A program made the translations under genes and the position numbers. The notes under the pieces were generated by a model. That model was not told the DNA's origin. It saw nothing but the letters and a program-made list of their open reading frames with translations, and ran no database searches. A stretch of 64,000 bases of DNA from an uncultured Methanosarcinaceae archaeon (GTDB lineage: Archaea > Halobacteriota > Methanosarcinia > Methanosarcinales > Methanosarcinaceae): NCBI GenBank assembly GCA_963721455.1, contig CAVRJG010000019.1, forward strand, positions 64,001 through 128,000. Reading direction: 5' to 3'. Position 1 is the stretch's first letter; every line of letters begins with the position of its first letter. Shown here one piece after another: positions 54,559 through 64,000 of this stretch.

Positions 54559-55387
54559 AATCATTTCGACCTACTGTCTCAAATTGTGCCATCAGTTGTG
54601 ACGGAATCCGGAAAGTTGGGGATGACGGATATCTCGGCGATATTGTGTATCAAGCTAAAGAAGAGAACTAAAACAGTCGTTAGAAATTGAGATATCTTTT
54701 TTATTTCCTCGATTCTTCAACAATTTTATTTTTTTTCGGTTTTTTTACACTGTAACTTTTCTAAACTCGGTAATTCCTGTGACTATAGGATGCATGGTAT
54801 TTGACCGATTATCCCACGAGTAAATGCAAAAACATTTTTACTAGCCATACAGTGGGCACAGAAAAAGCGCCTTGTGGTATCGCTTTTTTACTGATTGCGA
54901 AAACATGGAAAAAGACCTGAAAAAGGGCTCACTTAACACATGTTCTTTAGTGAGTTAATAAAATGGGGAAGATTTACAAAATATAGACGGAATGAACACA
55001 GAAACAAGAAAGAAACATGCAAAAATGAGCCATGAACAGGAAAGCTTTAATTAATTAAAGGGATTCCGAACTGCAATACCGAAAAAGTTAGCATAGTTAC
55101 TCAAAACTGTAGGGTTAACTGTATTCTTGTATTTTAGAGGCTTAAAAATTCTTAACTCGCTATTCATAGAAAGGGGAACACAGAAGAGAATAGAGATTAA
55201 TTCTCGGGCTCTCTGTTGAACGTTTAGGATATGGCTAGTAAATCATAAGAGGCATTTTAAAAGCATCTTAAACTGTCTTAAAATAAGAGAAAAAAATAGA
55301 ACCTGTAGATGTATGAGAGCTTGAAGTTCCAGATACCAAGTATTTAGGACAAAATAGAGTTAAAAGTGCTTTGAAAAAAGAATCAAG

Positions 55388-55498
55388 TGCCCGGAGCGTG
55401 ACTCGAACACGCGACCTCCAGATGTCTCAGGAGATTAACGACGCCTCATATAAAAGTCCCTATGAGTCTGGCGCCCCAACCGACTAGGCTATCCGGGC
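55388..55498 (-). tRNA. tRNA-Met(CAT), elongator type, 37-nt intron at position 37/38 (55424-55460)
   Basis: GCCCGGA/TCCGGGC acceptor stem, CCAGA-CTCATA|intron|ATCTGG, T-arm GCGTG-TTCGAGT-CACGC; bulge-helix-bulge with CTCA/TGAG helix. Confidence 0.95.
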
Positions 55499-55654
55499 TT
55501 GCAACACACAAATGTACAAAGATATATTAAAGGGTAACGATCGGAAGATGGAAAAACCGGGGTTTTTCGTAAATATTTACATGAAGTATACGACCTGAAA
55601 ATGAGAGAGGCGAATGTACCGGGAATCTGAAGATATGAAAGACATCAGTAAACA

Positions 55655-55678
55655 CGTTATGTTACCTCTAACATAATA
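55655..55678. promoter_or_regulatory. ModE-box-like palindrome upstream of fwdDBAC
   Basis: CG-TTATGTTA-CCTC-TAACATAA: perfect 8-bp inverted repeat with the geometry of CGnTATATA-N6-TATATAnCG. Confidence 0.55.
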
Positions 55679-56005
55679 GGGTAATATATAATAAAAGGAA
55701 ATTATTGGGATATAGTCCATATAGCAAACATATATATAATATCGAATAAATATAAATAAGCTTTAAGACTGATTTTTAAAAACAGGAAACGCAGGAAACC
55801 ACATCAATAGAAGCTTCGACCAGTAACATACGACAGTGAAATATGGTATCGAAGACCGAAAATAAAAATACGTCTGAATAAATATATAAACCAAGGAATT
55901 ATAATATAAGCGAAATAGATCTCCAGTTAAAAGAGCTTATGGAGTGTCCATTTTCATACAAGCCAGCCCCTTCAGGCTTAAAGCATTCTTAACAGAGATG
56001 CTTCT

Positions 56006-56055
56006 GATTGCATTCCAGATAAATCAAGTCGATTGCATTCCTGATAAATCAAGTC
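56006..56055. repeat. 25-bp tandem duplication in the fwd leader
   Basis: GATTGCATTCC(A/T)GATAAATCAAGTC twice. Confidence 0.92.
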
Positions 56056-56286
56056 TTCACATGTCAACTCCCGTATTCCATTCATACATAATCATAACCC
56101 CAGGTTTTCTAAATTAATAATACCTCTCAAAACAGCTAGTGGCCTCAGATTAACAAAATGCCCTGGGCAGGACACATACATTTCCTGACTCAGAGGGCGT
56201 TGGAGAGCGGAAATCTGATAATAATATTCACAAAAATGATCCAGCTTACTGAGATACCTGGATTAGATCCCAGATGAGGAATTCCA

Positions 56287-56670
56287 ATGAAAATAAAAGC
56301 AAATCTCATATCCGGAAGGACCGCTGACCAGGGCGCACATCTGGAAGCAAAGACGCATAAAGGCTATTTTGATGCCTGTGCTTACTGCGAACTTAGCCCC
56401 GCAGACCTTGAGATGGTCGGTGCCTCCGAGGGGGATAGCCTGAAGGTTACCACCGAATTTGGGGAAGTGGTGGTATTTGCAAAAGCAAACGAAGGAAACC
56501 CTGACGGCCTTGCCTTTATCCCGATGGGACCCTGGGCAAATGCAGTGCTTAGTCCTGACACACACGGCTGCGGAATGCCTGGATTCAAAGGCGTTCCTGC
56601 AGAAATTGAGGTCACGGATGAAAAGCCGCTGGACATGAAGTCCCTGATGAAGAAGTACAGGGAAGATTAA
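56287..56670 (+). CDS. fwdD: Formylmethanofuran dehydrogenase subunit D
   Basis: 'LISGRTADQG', 'FIPMGPWAN', 'THGCGMPGFKG'. Confidence 0.95.
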   Translation: MKIKANLISGRTADQGAHLEAKTHKGYFDACAYCELSPADLEMVGASEGDSLKVTTEFGEVVVFAKANEGNPDGLAFIPMGPWANAVLSPDTHGCGMPGFKGVPAEIEVTDEKPLDMKSLMKKYRED

Positions 56671-56741
56671 AGTCCAGTAAAGCAAAAGATTCACATTTTC
56701 ACTCAGATCCGGGGAAATTTGAAAAATTCGGAGGAAAAAAT

Positions 56742-58046
56742 ATGCCAGTAATTAAAGACGCAGTGTGTTCCTTTTGCGGGTCCCTCTGCGACGATATCAC
56801 AGTCACTGTTGAGGACAATAAGATCACAAAAATAGAAAATGCCTGCATCCTCGGGCACAGCAAGTTTGTCGGCATGTTTGAGCATGACAGGATAGAAACC
56901 CCCATGATCAGGAAGGAAGGGGAACTTGTGCCGGTCTCTTACGAGGAAGCGATTGAAGCTGCCGCAAAAATTCTTGTAAATTCCAGGAGAACTCTTTCTT
57001 ACGGCTGGTGCTCTACTTCCTGTGAAGCGGTCAGCGGAGCTATCCAGCTTGCTGAAGAAACAGGCTCAGTTATTGATTCTACAGCAAATGTCTGCCATGG
57101 GCCAACAGCCCTTGCTGCCCAGGAGAAAGGGTCTCCTTCAGCCACTCTTGGAGAGATAAAGAACAGGGCAGACGTAATCATATTCTGGGGCTGCAATCCG
57201 GTGCATGCCCATCCAAGGCATATGGTCCGTTACTCAAGCTTTTCAAAAGGCCTCTTTACCGAGAAGGGACGGAAAGGCAGAAAGATGGTAGTTGTTGATG
57301 TCAGAAAAACTGACACTGCAAAATTGGCTGACAAGTATGTGGAGATTGAACAGGGCTCAGATCTGCTCCTTGTTACTGCGCTTCGTTCAATTATAAACGG
57401 GCACGAAGATGTTGTTCCGGAAACAGTTGCAGGCGTCCCTAAGATTGAAGTTATTGAGCTTGCAGAGACTCTAAAAAATGCAAAATTCGTCTGCATTTTC
57501 TTCGGTATGGGAGTCACCCAATCCCGCTCTAAATACAAGAACGGAGACGCTATGTCTTCCCTGATCTCAGATCTTAACCAGCATACAAAAGCTGTTATGA
57601 TCGGAATGCGCGGGCACTATAACGTTACCGGTTTCGGACAGGTGGCAACCTGGGAGACCGGCTTCCCTATGGCAATCGACTTTGCCAGAGGATACCCATA
57701 TTATAATCCAGGGGAAACCGGGGCAAACGACCTGCTTGTGCGTGAAGAACCGGATGCTGCAATTATATCCGCAGCTGATCCGGGAGCTCATTTTCCGCAA
57801 AAAGCTGTCAGGCATCTTGCAAGAATTCCTGTAATTCAGATTGACCCGTATGCCAACCCCACAACCGAAATTGCAGATGTGGTTATTCCGGCAGCTGTTG
57901 TAGGAATAGAAGCCGAGGGAACGGCTTACCGTATGGACGCAATTTCTCTGCGCATGAAGAAGTTGATCGATTCGAAATTCAAGACCGACGAAGAAATCGT
58001 AAAAGACCTGGCTGCAAAGGTCAGGGAACTGAAGAGAGGTGCATGA
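56742..58046 (+). CDS. fwdB: Formylmethanofuran dehydrogenase subunit B (Cys form)
   Basis: 'CSFCGSLCDD', 'NVCHGP', 'WGCNPVHAHPRH', 'MRGHYNV', 'GTAYRMD'; W versus Mo type inferred from DBAC order. Confidence 0.95.
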   Translation: MPVIKDAVCSFCGSLCDDITVTVEDNKITKIENACILGHSKFVGMFEHDRIETPMIRKEGELVPVSYEEAIEAAAKILVNSRRTLSYGWCSTSCEAVSGAIQLAEETGSVIDSTANVCHGPTALAAQEKGSPSATLGEIKNRADVIIFWGCNPVHAHPRHMVRYSSFSKGLFTEKGRKGRKMVVVDVRKTDTAKLADKYVEIEQGSDLLLVTALRSIINGHEDVVPETVAGVPKIEVIELAETLKNAKFVCIFFGMGVTQSRSKYKNGDAMSSLISDLNQHTKAVMIGMRGHYNVTGFGQVATWETGFPMAIDFARGYPYYNPGETGANDLLVREEPDAAIISAADPGAHFPQKAVRHLARIPVIQIDPYANPTTEIADVVIPAAVVGIEAEGTAYRMDAISLRMKKLIDSKFKTDEEIVKDLAAKVRELKRGA

Positions 58047-59767
58047 ATATGTCGGAAATCCTGATTAAAAACGCAAGTGTCTGTGACCCGGCACAGGGAA
58101 TTAACTGCGAGACCATGGACATCTGCATTAAGGATGGCAAGATCGTAGAAAGCGTCTCCGGAAACGCAACAGTTATCGATGCCGGGGGCAGGCTCACAAT
58201 GGCAGGGGGCTTTGACGGGCACACCCACAGCGCCGGGAAAATTAACGTCGGGCGCTTCATGAATCCAAACGATGCAAGGAAAAACCTTGTGCCAGGGCTT
58301 TCGGGTCAGGTTGCGCGTACCGAAAAGACAAGAGCACAGGTAGGGTACAATACCCCGAATACTTACGCAATAGGCTACAGGTATGCAAAACTCGGTTACA
58401 CAACTATCTGTGAGGCCGCAATCCCCCTTCTTGCCGCAAGGCATACCCATGAGGAATTCAAAGAAATCCCAATCCTGGATAAAATGGGGCTTTCCCTCTT
58501 CGGAAGCAACTGGCAGGTTATGGAATATATCCGGGACAAGGAACCTGAAAAACTGGCAGCGTATGTTTCCTGGGGCCTCAGAGCTTCAAGAGGCTACGGA
58601 GTAAAAATAGTAAATCCTGGAGGAGGAGAAGCCTGGGGCTGGGGAAGGAACGTAAGCGGACTTTACGACCCTGTCCCGAACTTTGATGTAACCCCTGCAG
58701 AAATTCTGATGGGCCTTGCAGAAGCTAACGAGCGCCTGCAGCTCCCCCATTCCGTACATGTGCACTGTAACAACCTCGGAAAGCCCGGTAACTATGCAAC
58801 TACCATAGAGACCATGAAGCTTTTTGAGAAAGTTATGCCAGGTAGGGACAGGCAGGCTCTCCATGTAACTCACGTACAGTTCAATGCCTATGCAGGCACT
58901 TCCTGGAGGGACTTTGAGACAGGAGCTCCCATGGTTGCGGATTACGTGAACGGAGCAGATCACCTGACTTTTGATTTGGGGCAGGTTATCTTTGGTCCTG
59001 CAGTGACAATGACCGCAGACGGACCTGTAGAATATGCAAATGCAAGAATGCTGCACGAAAAATGGAGCAACCAGGACATTGAACTGGAAGATGCGTCCGG
59101 AGTCGTACCCTTATTTTATTCTCCAAAGAGTTTCGTAAATGCAGTCCAGTGGGCAATCGGGCTTGAGCTTGCGCTGCTAGTAAAGGATCCCTGGAAAGTC
59201 ATGTTTACAACTGACAGTCCCAATGGCGGTTCTTTTGTGAACTATCCTGAAGCTTTCACCTACCTTATGAGTGCAAAAAGAAGGGAAGAGGTTATTTCCG
59301 GATTTTCAAAGATGGCCATTGACAGGATGGTGCTGCCAGGAATCGACAGGGAACTTGATTTCTACGAGCTTGCAGTCATGACCAGGAGCATTCAGTCAAA
59401 GATGTACAGCAGGCCCGAAAAAGGAAACCTTAAAGCGGGTTCCGATGCTGATATTGCAATTTATGATATCCTGCCCGGGCAGATTGACCCCTCGACAGAG
59501 TACGCGAAGGTTAAGAAAGCTTTCTCAGGTGCGACATACACACTGAAGGACGGAGAGATTGTCGTAAAAGACGGAGAGATTGAAGCCACTCCTAAAGGTA
59601 GGATTTACTGGGTAAACGCGAAAGTTCCCTCAAATATCGACAGCGCAATGCAGAAAGATATAGATGTCAAATTCAGGAAGTACTACACAGTGAGCAAAGC
59701 CAACTATATGGTTGAGGATATGTACCTCCAGAAGCCTGTTGAAATTGTCACGGAAGGGGTGTTCTAA
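58043..59767 (+). CDS. fwdA: Formylmethanofuran dehydrogenase subunit A
   Basis: 'DGHTHSAG', 'ARHTHEE', 'KIVNPGG', 'HCNNLG', 'QWAIGLEL'. Confidence 0.96.
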   Translation: MNMSEILIKNASVCDPAQGINCETMDICIKDGKIVESVSGNATVIDAGGRLTMAGGFDGHTHSAGKINVGRFMNPNDARKNLVPGLSGQVARTEKTRAQVGYNTPNTYAIGYRYAKLGYTTICEAAIPLLAARHTHEEFKEIPILDKMGLSLFGSNWQVMEYIRDKEPEKLAAYVSWGLRASRGYGVKIVNPGGGEAWGWGRNVSGLYDPVPNFDVTPAEILMGLAEANERLQLPHSVHVHCNNLGKPGNYATTIETMKLFEKVMPGRDRQALHVTHVQFNAYAGTSWRDFETGAPMVADYVNGADHLTFDLGQVIFGPAVTMTADGPVEYANARMLHEKWSNQDIELEDASGVVPLFYSPKSFVNAVQWAIGLELALLVKDPWKVMFTTDSPNGGSFVNYPEAFTYLMSAKRREEVISGFSKMAIDRMVLPGIDRELDFYELAVMTRSIQSKMYSRPEKGNLKAGSDADIAIYDILPGQIDPSTEYAKVKKAFSGATYTLKDGEIVVKDGEIEATPKGRIYWVNAKVPSNIDSAMQKDIDVKFRKYYTVSKANYMVEDMYLQKPVEIVTEGVF

Positions 59768-60526
59768 ATGCAGATTGTGAAGCTTTCCCTGAAAAAAGCC
59801 AATAAAATCCCCATAGAGGCCGATAACGTAAACCCGGACAACTTTGCAGGCAAGACTGAAGAAGAAATAAAGGCAATTCTGGTCTGGTATGGGAACGGCC
59901 AGTACCCTCTTGGTGACTTCTTCAATGTAGAGGTAGAAGGCAGCGACTCTGTGGAAAATACGAAGATTGTTTTCGAAGGTGACGTCTCCAGAGTAAAGCG
60001 CATTGGGCAGAACATGAGTGCAGGAGAAATAGAGATCAACGGCAACGTGGACATGCACTGCGGCTTCAATATGAGAGGCGGGAAGATAGTAATTAATGGA
60101 GACGCTGACAGCTGGCTCGGCTGTGAGATGACAGGTGGAGAAATAATTCTCAATGGAAACGCCTCTTATTATGTAGGGTCAGGTTATAGGGGAGAGTCCT
60201 GCGGTATGCGCGGAGGGAAAATTACTGTCAATGGCAATACCAGAGACTACCTCGGAGAGCATATGTGCGGAGGAGAAATTCTTGTAAAAGGCAATACAGG
60301 GCTTCTTCCTGCAGTCTCAAACAACGGCGGGAAGATTATCATTGAAGGCAACGCCACAATGCCTGCAAGCGAAATGAAGAACGGTACGGTCATCATTAAA
60401 GGTGAGGTATCTGATCTCCTGCCATCCTATAAGGAAGAAGGGACCGAAGAGGTTGAAGGAGTTATCTACCGGAAGTTCGTGGGTGACGTTAACGTCAGCG
60501 GAAAAGGGGTATTGCTGATAAAGTAA
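59768..60526 (+). CDS. fwdC: Formylmethanofuran dehydrogenase subunit C
   Basis: 'RVKRIG', repeated 'M.GG.I.I.G' beta-solenoid, 'GSGYRGE'. Confidence 0.96.
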   Translation: MQIVKLSLKKANKIPIEADNVNPDNFAGKTEEEIKAILVWYGNGQYPLGDFFNVEVEGSDSVENTKIVFEGDVSRVKRIGQNMSAGEIEINGNVDMHCGFNMRGGKIVINGDADSWLGCEMTGGEIILNGNASYYVGSGYRGESCGMRGGKITVNGNTRDYLGEHMCGGEILVKGNTGLLPAVSNNGGKIIIEGNATMPASEMKNGTVIIKGEVSDLLPSYKEEGTEEVEGVIYRKFVGDVNVSGKGVLLIK

Positions 60527-60762
60527 AAATTGTATTTCTGAGAGATAAATCAGTAAAATCTTCAGAAATCAATTGAGTCGGCGGATAAGAATTATAAACG
60601 GGATGAATTTCCAGTATAAACGGAATGAATTCCCGGGATGAATTCCCAGAAATTCTTCATCTTATCCGCTTTATTATCTTTTTTAAAGTTAACATTTAAC
60701 TCTAATCCTGTTTCACCCCATCAACTTTTTTAAATCAGTTTCATATTGAGCTGTTTCATATT

Positions 60763-60899
60763 GAGCTTATCCTAACCCATTTTGTTCTTAATCATCAAAA
60801 GTTTTTAGAACTGTTTTTAGGAGAATATGAGCAGAAACTCCATTGGTTGCTGAAAAAGCTAGATTCAAAGAAGTAAATTTCGAGTTATGCGAGAGGCTC
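60763..60899 (-). mobile_element. MITE of about 135 bp (GAGCTGATCCCAAAAC family), copy 2, inverted and diverged
   Basis: Ends GAGCTTATCCTAACC / GAGTTATGCGAGAGGCTC; internal ATGAGCAGAAACTCCATTGGTT matches copy 1. Confidence 0.65.
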
Positions 60900-61071
60900 A
60901 TTCGGTAGGCTCCATTTGACTTCGGTTCTTCATAAGGCCAGAAGAGAGAAAATGAATGTGAAAAAGTAATTAAAAATCAACAATAAATTGAAAAATAAGC
61001 TGAAAAAAATTAAAAGAAAAAAATTAAAAGAAAAAAGAGGATAAAGGGCTTTACCCTCTCTTGGAAATATA

Positions 61072-61659
61072 TCAGTATCCTGTTGCTTCTGCGAGCTGCC
61101 GGATCAGAGAACTATCAGCAGTATTTCCGGTAACTACCAATACATAGTTTCCATTGCTCCAGATATAGGAATACCTGGGGACCTCTGTTCCTGCGTTTAC
61201 GACGTGGTCTGTAATTCTCACAGATGAATGCCCATTAAATGACTCTTCGACAAAACGGGAGCCTTCTGCTAATGGTACAAAGGAAGACTTGTATGCATCG
61301 ATCAGATTATTTGCAGCCTCATTATTTTTAAGCTCGATTACATCCACATAGAGGTCAGACTCATTGTGTTTGTACAGCCCTTCGGACCCTCCGACAACTT
61401 CAGAAATATTCTCTGCATTGTAATCGATTTTGATATCAGTTTCATTAAGAAGAGAAGATCCAAGGTATTCAAAACCTGCAGGAAGGTTTTCAATCTCGCT
61501 AATGTCAGCCGCACTTTCATCAGGATTTACATTTGCTTCCGAGTTGTTCGGCTCTGTTCCGTTAACTGCGGGCTTATTATCACCCACGCAGCCTGAAAAC
61601 GCGATCATTAAAACTGCAAGTGCAGATATTAAAGCCATCATTTTTTTCATAGTCTTCAC
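61072..61659 (-). CDS. Lipoprotein downstream of the S-layer gene
   Basis: 'MKKMM...AFSGC' lipobox, N-glycosylation sequons; alternative start 61650. Confidence 0.8.
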   Translation of the reverse strand: MKTMKKMMALISALAVLMIAFSGCVGDNKPAVNGTEPNNSEANVNPDESAADISEIENLPAGFEYLGSSLLNETDIKIDYNAENISEVVGGSEGLYKHNESDLYVDVIELKNNEAANNLIDAYKSSFVPLAEGSRFVEESFNGHSSVRITDHVVNAGTEVPRYSYIWSNGNYVLVVTGNTADSSLIRQLAEATGY

Positions 61660-61826
61660 CTTATCTGTAAATCCTAAAAAATAACCATAAGGTTTAAAGA
61701 ATCAGGATTTCAGAGTAGAAAGAATCGCTTGAATTAAGAAATCCACAAATAAAAAACTATCTGCAAAAAGAAATTTAAAAAAGAATTGAAAGAGAAAAGG
61801 GTTAGGAAAACCCTTCACTCAGAAAT

Positions 61827-63863
61827 TTAGTTGTTTCTCCTGACGAGGTAGACAACTGCAAGGAGTCCAACAAGTCCGAAGACAAATCCGAAGCCAGGAC
61901 CTTCTTTAGGGGTTTCGGTTTCGTTTGCAGCCGGAGTTTCTCCTTCAGCAGGAGTGGTTACATTGCCTTCAGTAGGAGTTTCGGTTACATTGCCTTCGGT
62001 TGGGGTTTCGGTTACGTTACCTACAGTGACGTTACCTGGAGTGGTGACGTTACCGGTGACGTTACCTCCGACCGGAGTGGTGACGTTGCCTTCGCCAACA
62101 GTCATCTCAACGAATGGGTAGTACCTGAGTTCATTGGCACTAGTGTCAGCAATCTTGAAGGACATTCCCTGACCAATTGCCTCTTCTGAGTCCCTGGTCA
62201 GAGTAAAGGTATCATCATTGCTGATCTTCAGGGAAGGGCCGCTGATTGAGACCTTGTTGAGTTCGCCGAATTCATCGTCAGACTCTATGGTCATGGCATT
62301 TGCGTAGTCAATGAGCCAGAGACCTTCGATCTGAGCAATGCTGTCGACTGCACCCTGGAAGACCTGGTTGACGTGGAGTTTCAGGACAGTAACATCGTCT
62401 TCGCCCTGAATGTCATCAAGCTCAACATTCCAGGTGTTGGAGGCAGATTCACCGCTTCCGACTTCAATGATTTCGTCGTCAATGAATTCTCCGTCCTTGC
62501 TGAACGCGAGCCAGACCTTCTTACCATCGACATCTACCTGCTTGGCTTCAATAGCATAGCCCTGACCGAGGTCGAGTTTTTCTCCGGTCCTGACTGTGTA
62601 CTTGTCATTGCTGTCAAGGATGAGCTTTGCGAGCTTGTCAGCTTTGGCAGGTTTAATCGGGATGTACTGTTCTGCAAAGAACCCTATGACAGGGTATGTG
62701 TCCCAGCCTGCGGTTGGCTTGTCATATTCGTATGAGACCTTCTTGATCTCGGTATTGTAAACGAGACCGCCAACTGGAATCACGTTTCCGTTAAGGCTAG
62801 AAACACTAAGGGATTCTGTGGAGACATCGTCTTTAATATCATAGTAGAAGCCTGCAAAGTTAGCTGCATTCCAGACGAAATTACCGGAGGCAACCTGTCC
62901 TCTGATCTGATAGGTACCAGGCTCTGTGATTTCCTTCATTGGGTAGAACCTGAGCACATTGGAGCTGGTGTCAGCGACCTTGAAAGCTATGCCCTGAGCG
63001 ACCTCATTTGTGGAGTCCCTGGTCAGGGTAAAGGTGTCTTCATTGGTGATGTTAAGGGTAGGGCCGTTGATTGAGACCTTGTTGAGTTCGCCGAATTCAT
63101 CGTCAGACTCTATGGTCATGGCATTTGCGTAGTCAATGAGCCAGACACCTTCGATCTGAGCAATGCTGTCGACTGCACCCTGGAAGACCTGGTTGACGTG
63201 GAGTTTCAGGACAGTAACATCGTCTTCGCCCTGAATGTCATCAAGCTCAACATTCCAGGTGTTGGAGGCAGAGTCACCGGTTCCGACTTCGATGATTTCA
63301 TCGTCAACGAATTCTCCGTCCTTGCTGAACGCGAGCCAGACTTTCTTACCATCAACATCTACCTGCTTGGCTTCAATAGCATAGCCCTGGCCGAGGTCGA
63401 GTTTCTCTCCGGTCCTGACTGTGTACTTGTCATTGCTGTCAAGGACGAGCTTTGCGAGCTTGTCAGCTTTGGTAGGTTTGATCGGGATGTACTTGTCTGC
63501 GAAGAAACCAATCAAGCTGTAGTTGTCCCAGCCAGCGGCTGGCTTGTCATACTTGTATGAGACCTGCTTGATTGTGGTGGAATAAACAATACCGCCCTCT
63601 CCTATGACATTGCCTTTAGTTCCGGCAACATTTTTGATAGAAAGAGTTTCGGTTGTAACATTGTCGTTAATGTCGTAATAGAATGCTGCAAATTGAGAAG
63701 CATCGATTGTAATGCTACCGCCTTGCTTGGCGATAATGTCGTTGATATCAGAGCCGTTGTACACAGGGCCGCGGATCTCAGATGCGACTGCTGCATTTGC
63801 GGCGGATGCAAATACAGTCAGAAGCATGAGAGCAGCCAGTGTTACTGCTGCAAATCTCTTCAT
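61827..63863 (-). CDS. Major S-layer protein (two DUF1608-type domains, PGF-CTERM anchor)
   Basis: Signal peptide, two repeats 825 bp apart ('FYYDI...IGFFA...KQVDVDGKKVWL...RxYP'), GNVT-rich linker, 'PGF'-TM-RR tail. Confidence 0.95.
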   Translation of the reverse strand: MKRFAAVTLAALMLLTVFASAANAAVASEIRGPVYNGSDINDIIAKQGGSITIDASQFAAFYYDINDNVTTETLSIKNVAGTKGNVIGEGGIVYSTTIKQVSYKYDKPAAGWDNYSLIGFFADKYIPIKPTKADKLAKLVLDSNDKYTVRTGEKLDLGQGYAIEAKQVDVDGKKVWLAFSKDGEFVDDEIIEVGTGDSASNTWNVELDDIQGEDDVTVLKLHVNQVFQGAVDSIAQIEGVWLIDYANAMTIESDDEFGELNKVSINGPTLNITNEDTFTLTRDSTNEVAQGIAFKVADTSSNVLRFYPMKEITEPGTYQIRGQVASGNFVWNAANFAGFYYDIKDDVSTESLSVSSLNGNVIPVGGLVYNTEIKKVSYEYDKPTAGWDTYPVIGFFAEQYIPIKPAKADKLAKLILDSNDKYTVRTGEKLDLGQGYAIEAKQVDVDGKKVWLAFSKDGEFIDDEIIEVGSGESASNTWNVELDDIQGEDDVTVLKLHVNQVFQGAVDSIAQIEGLWLIDYANAMTIESDDEFGELNKVSISGPSLKISNDDTFTLTRDSEEAIGQGMSFKIADTSANELRYYPFVEMTVGEGNVTTPVGGNVTGNVTTPGNVTVGNVTETPTEGNVTETPTEGNVTTPAEGETPAANETETPKEGPGFGFVFGLVGLLAVVYLVRRNN

Positions 63864-64000
63864 TTTATTGTTTCCTCCATGTTTGTTAAGATAGGTCGTA
63901 TGTAAGAAGAAGTGTCGGGATCAACACTTTAAGGGTTTCACCATTCTTCACCAAATCAGACATCTAGATTTCGTCGATTGCCGAAGAGGATTTCATTCCC

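Noticed and set aside
55424-55460. C/D-box guide RNA in the tRNA-Met intron
   Set aside because: Only 37 nt, no proper C box, and the CTGA belongs to the bulge-helix-bulge helix
62373-63560. Two similar 120-aa plus-strand ORFs
   Set aside because: Antisense shadows of the duplicated S-layer domains

Overview
Archaeal chromosomal DNA from a Methanosarcina-type methanogen, judged from the 16S sequence, the tandem-domain S-layer gene, fwdDBAC and a corrinoid/MT2 fusion gene; the species cannot be determined by eye. Most of the window is core genome: RecJ-like DHH nuclease, SPFH/NfeD, hisH, hisI, PINA ATPase, glycogen debranching enzyme, NAC, a minus-strand 16S-23S-5S operon, aIF1A-RIO1-Dim2, pyrC, pstSCAB-phoU, polB, intron-containing tRNA-Met, fwdDBAC and the S-layer gene. 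There are two accessory zones. The first (about 3.0-4.6 kb) holds a truncated IS4 followed by decayed foreign DNA. The second (about 41.2-55.4 kb) holds a methyl-transfer module (MtsD-like fusion, hydantoinase-family ATPase, divergent chaperonin, MT2, RamA-like activase), then mobile-element debris ending at tRNA-Met. Features not explained by the ORF track: three MITE families (some with exact target-site duplications), an orphan IS200/IS605 right end or omegaRNA-like remnant, a multi-hairpin RNA followed by a 29-37 aa membrane peptide, apparent CTG and ATT starts for aIF1A and a PhoU regulator, a ModE-like palindrome upstream of fwd, and five single-base indels in four genes that may be sequencing errors. 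All family assignments come from motif recognition, not database searches.
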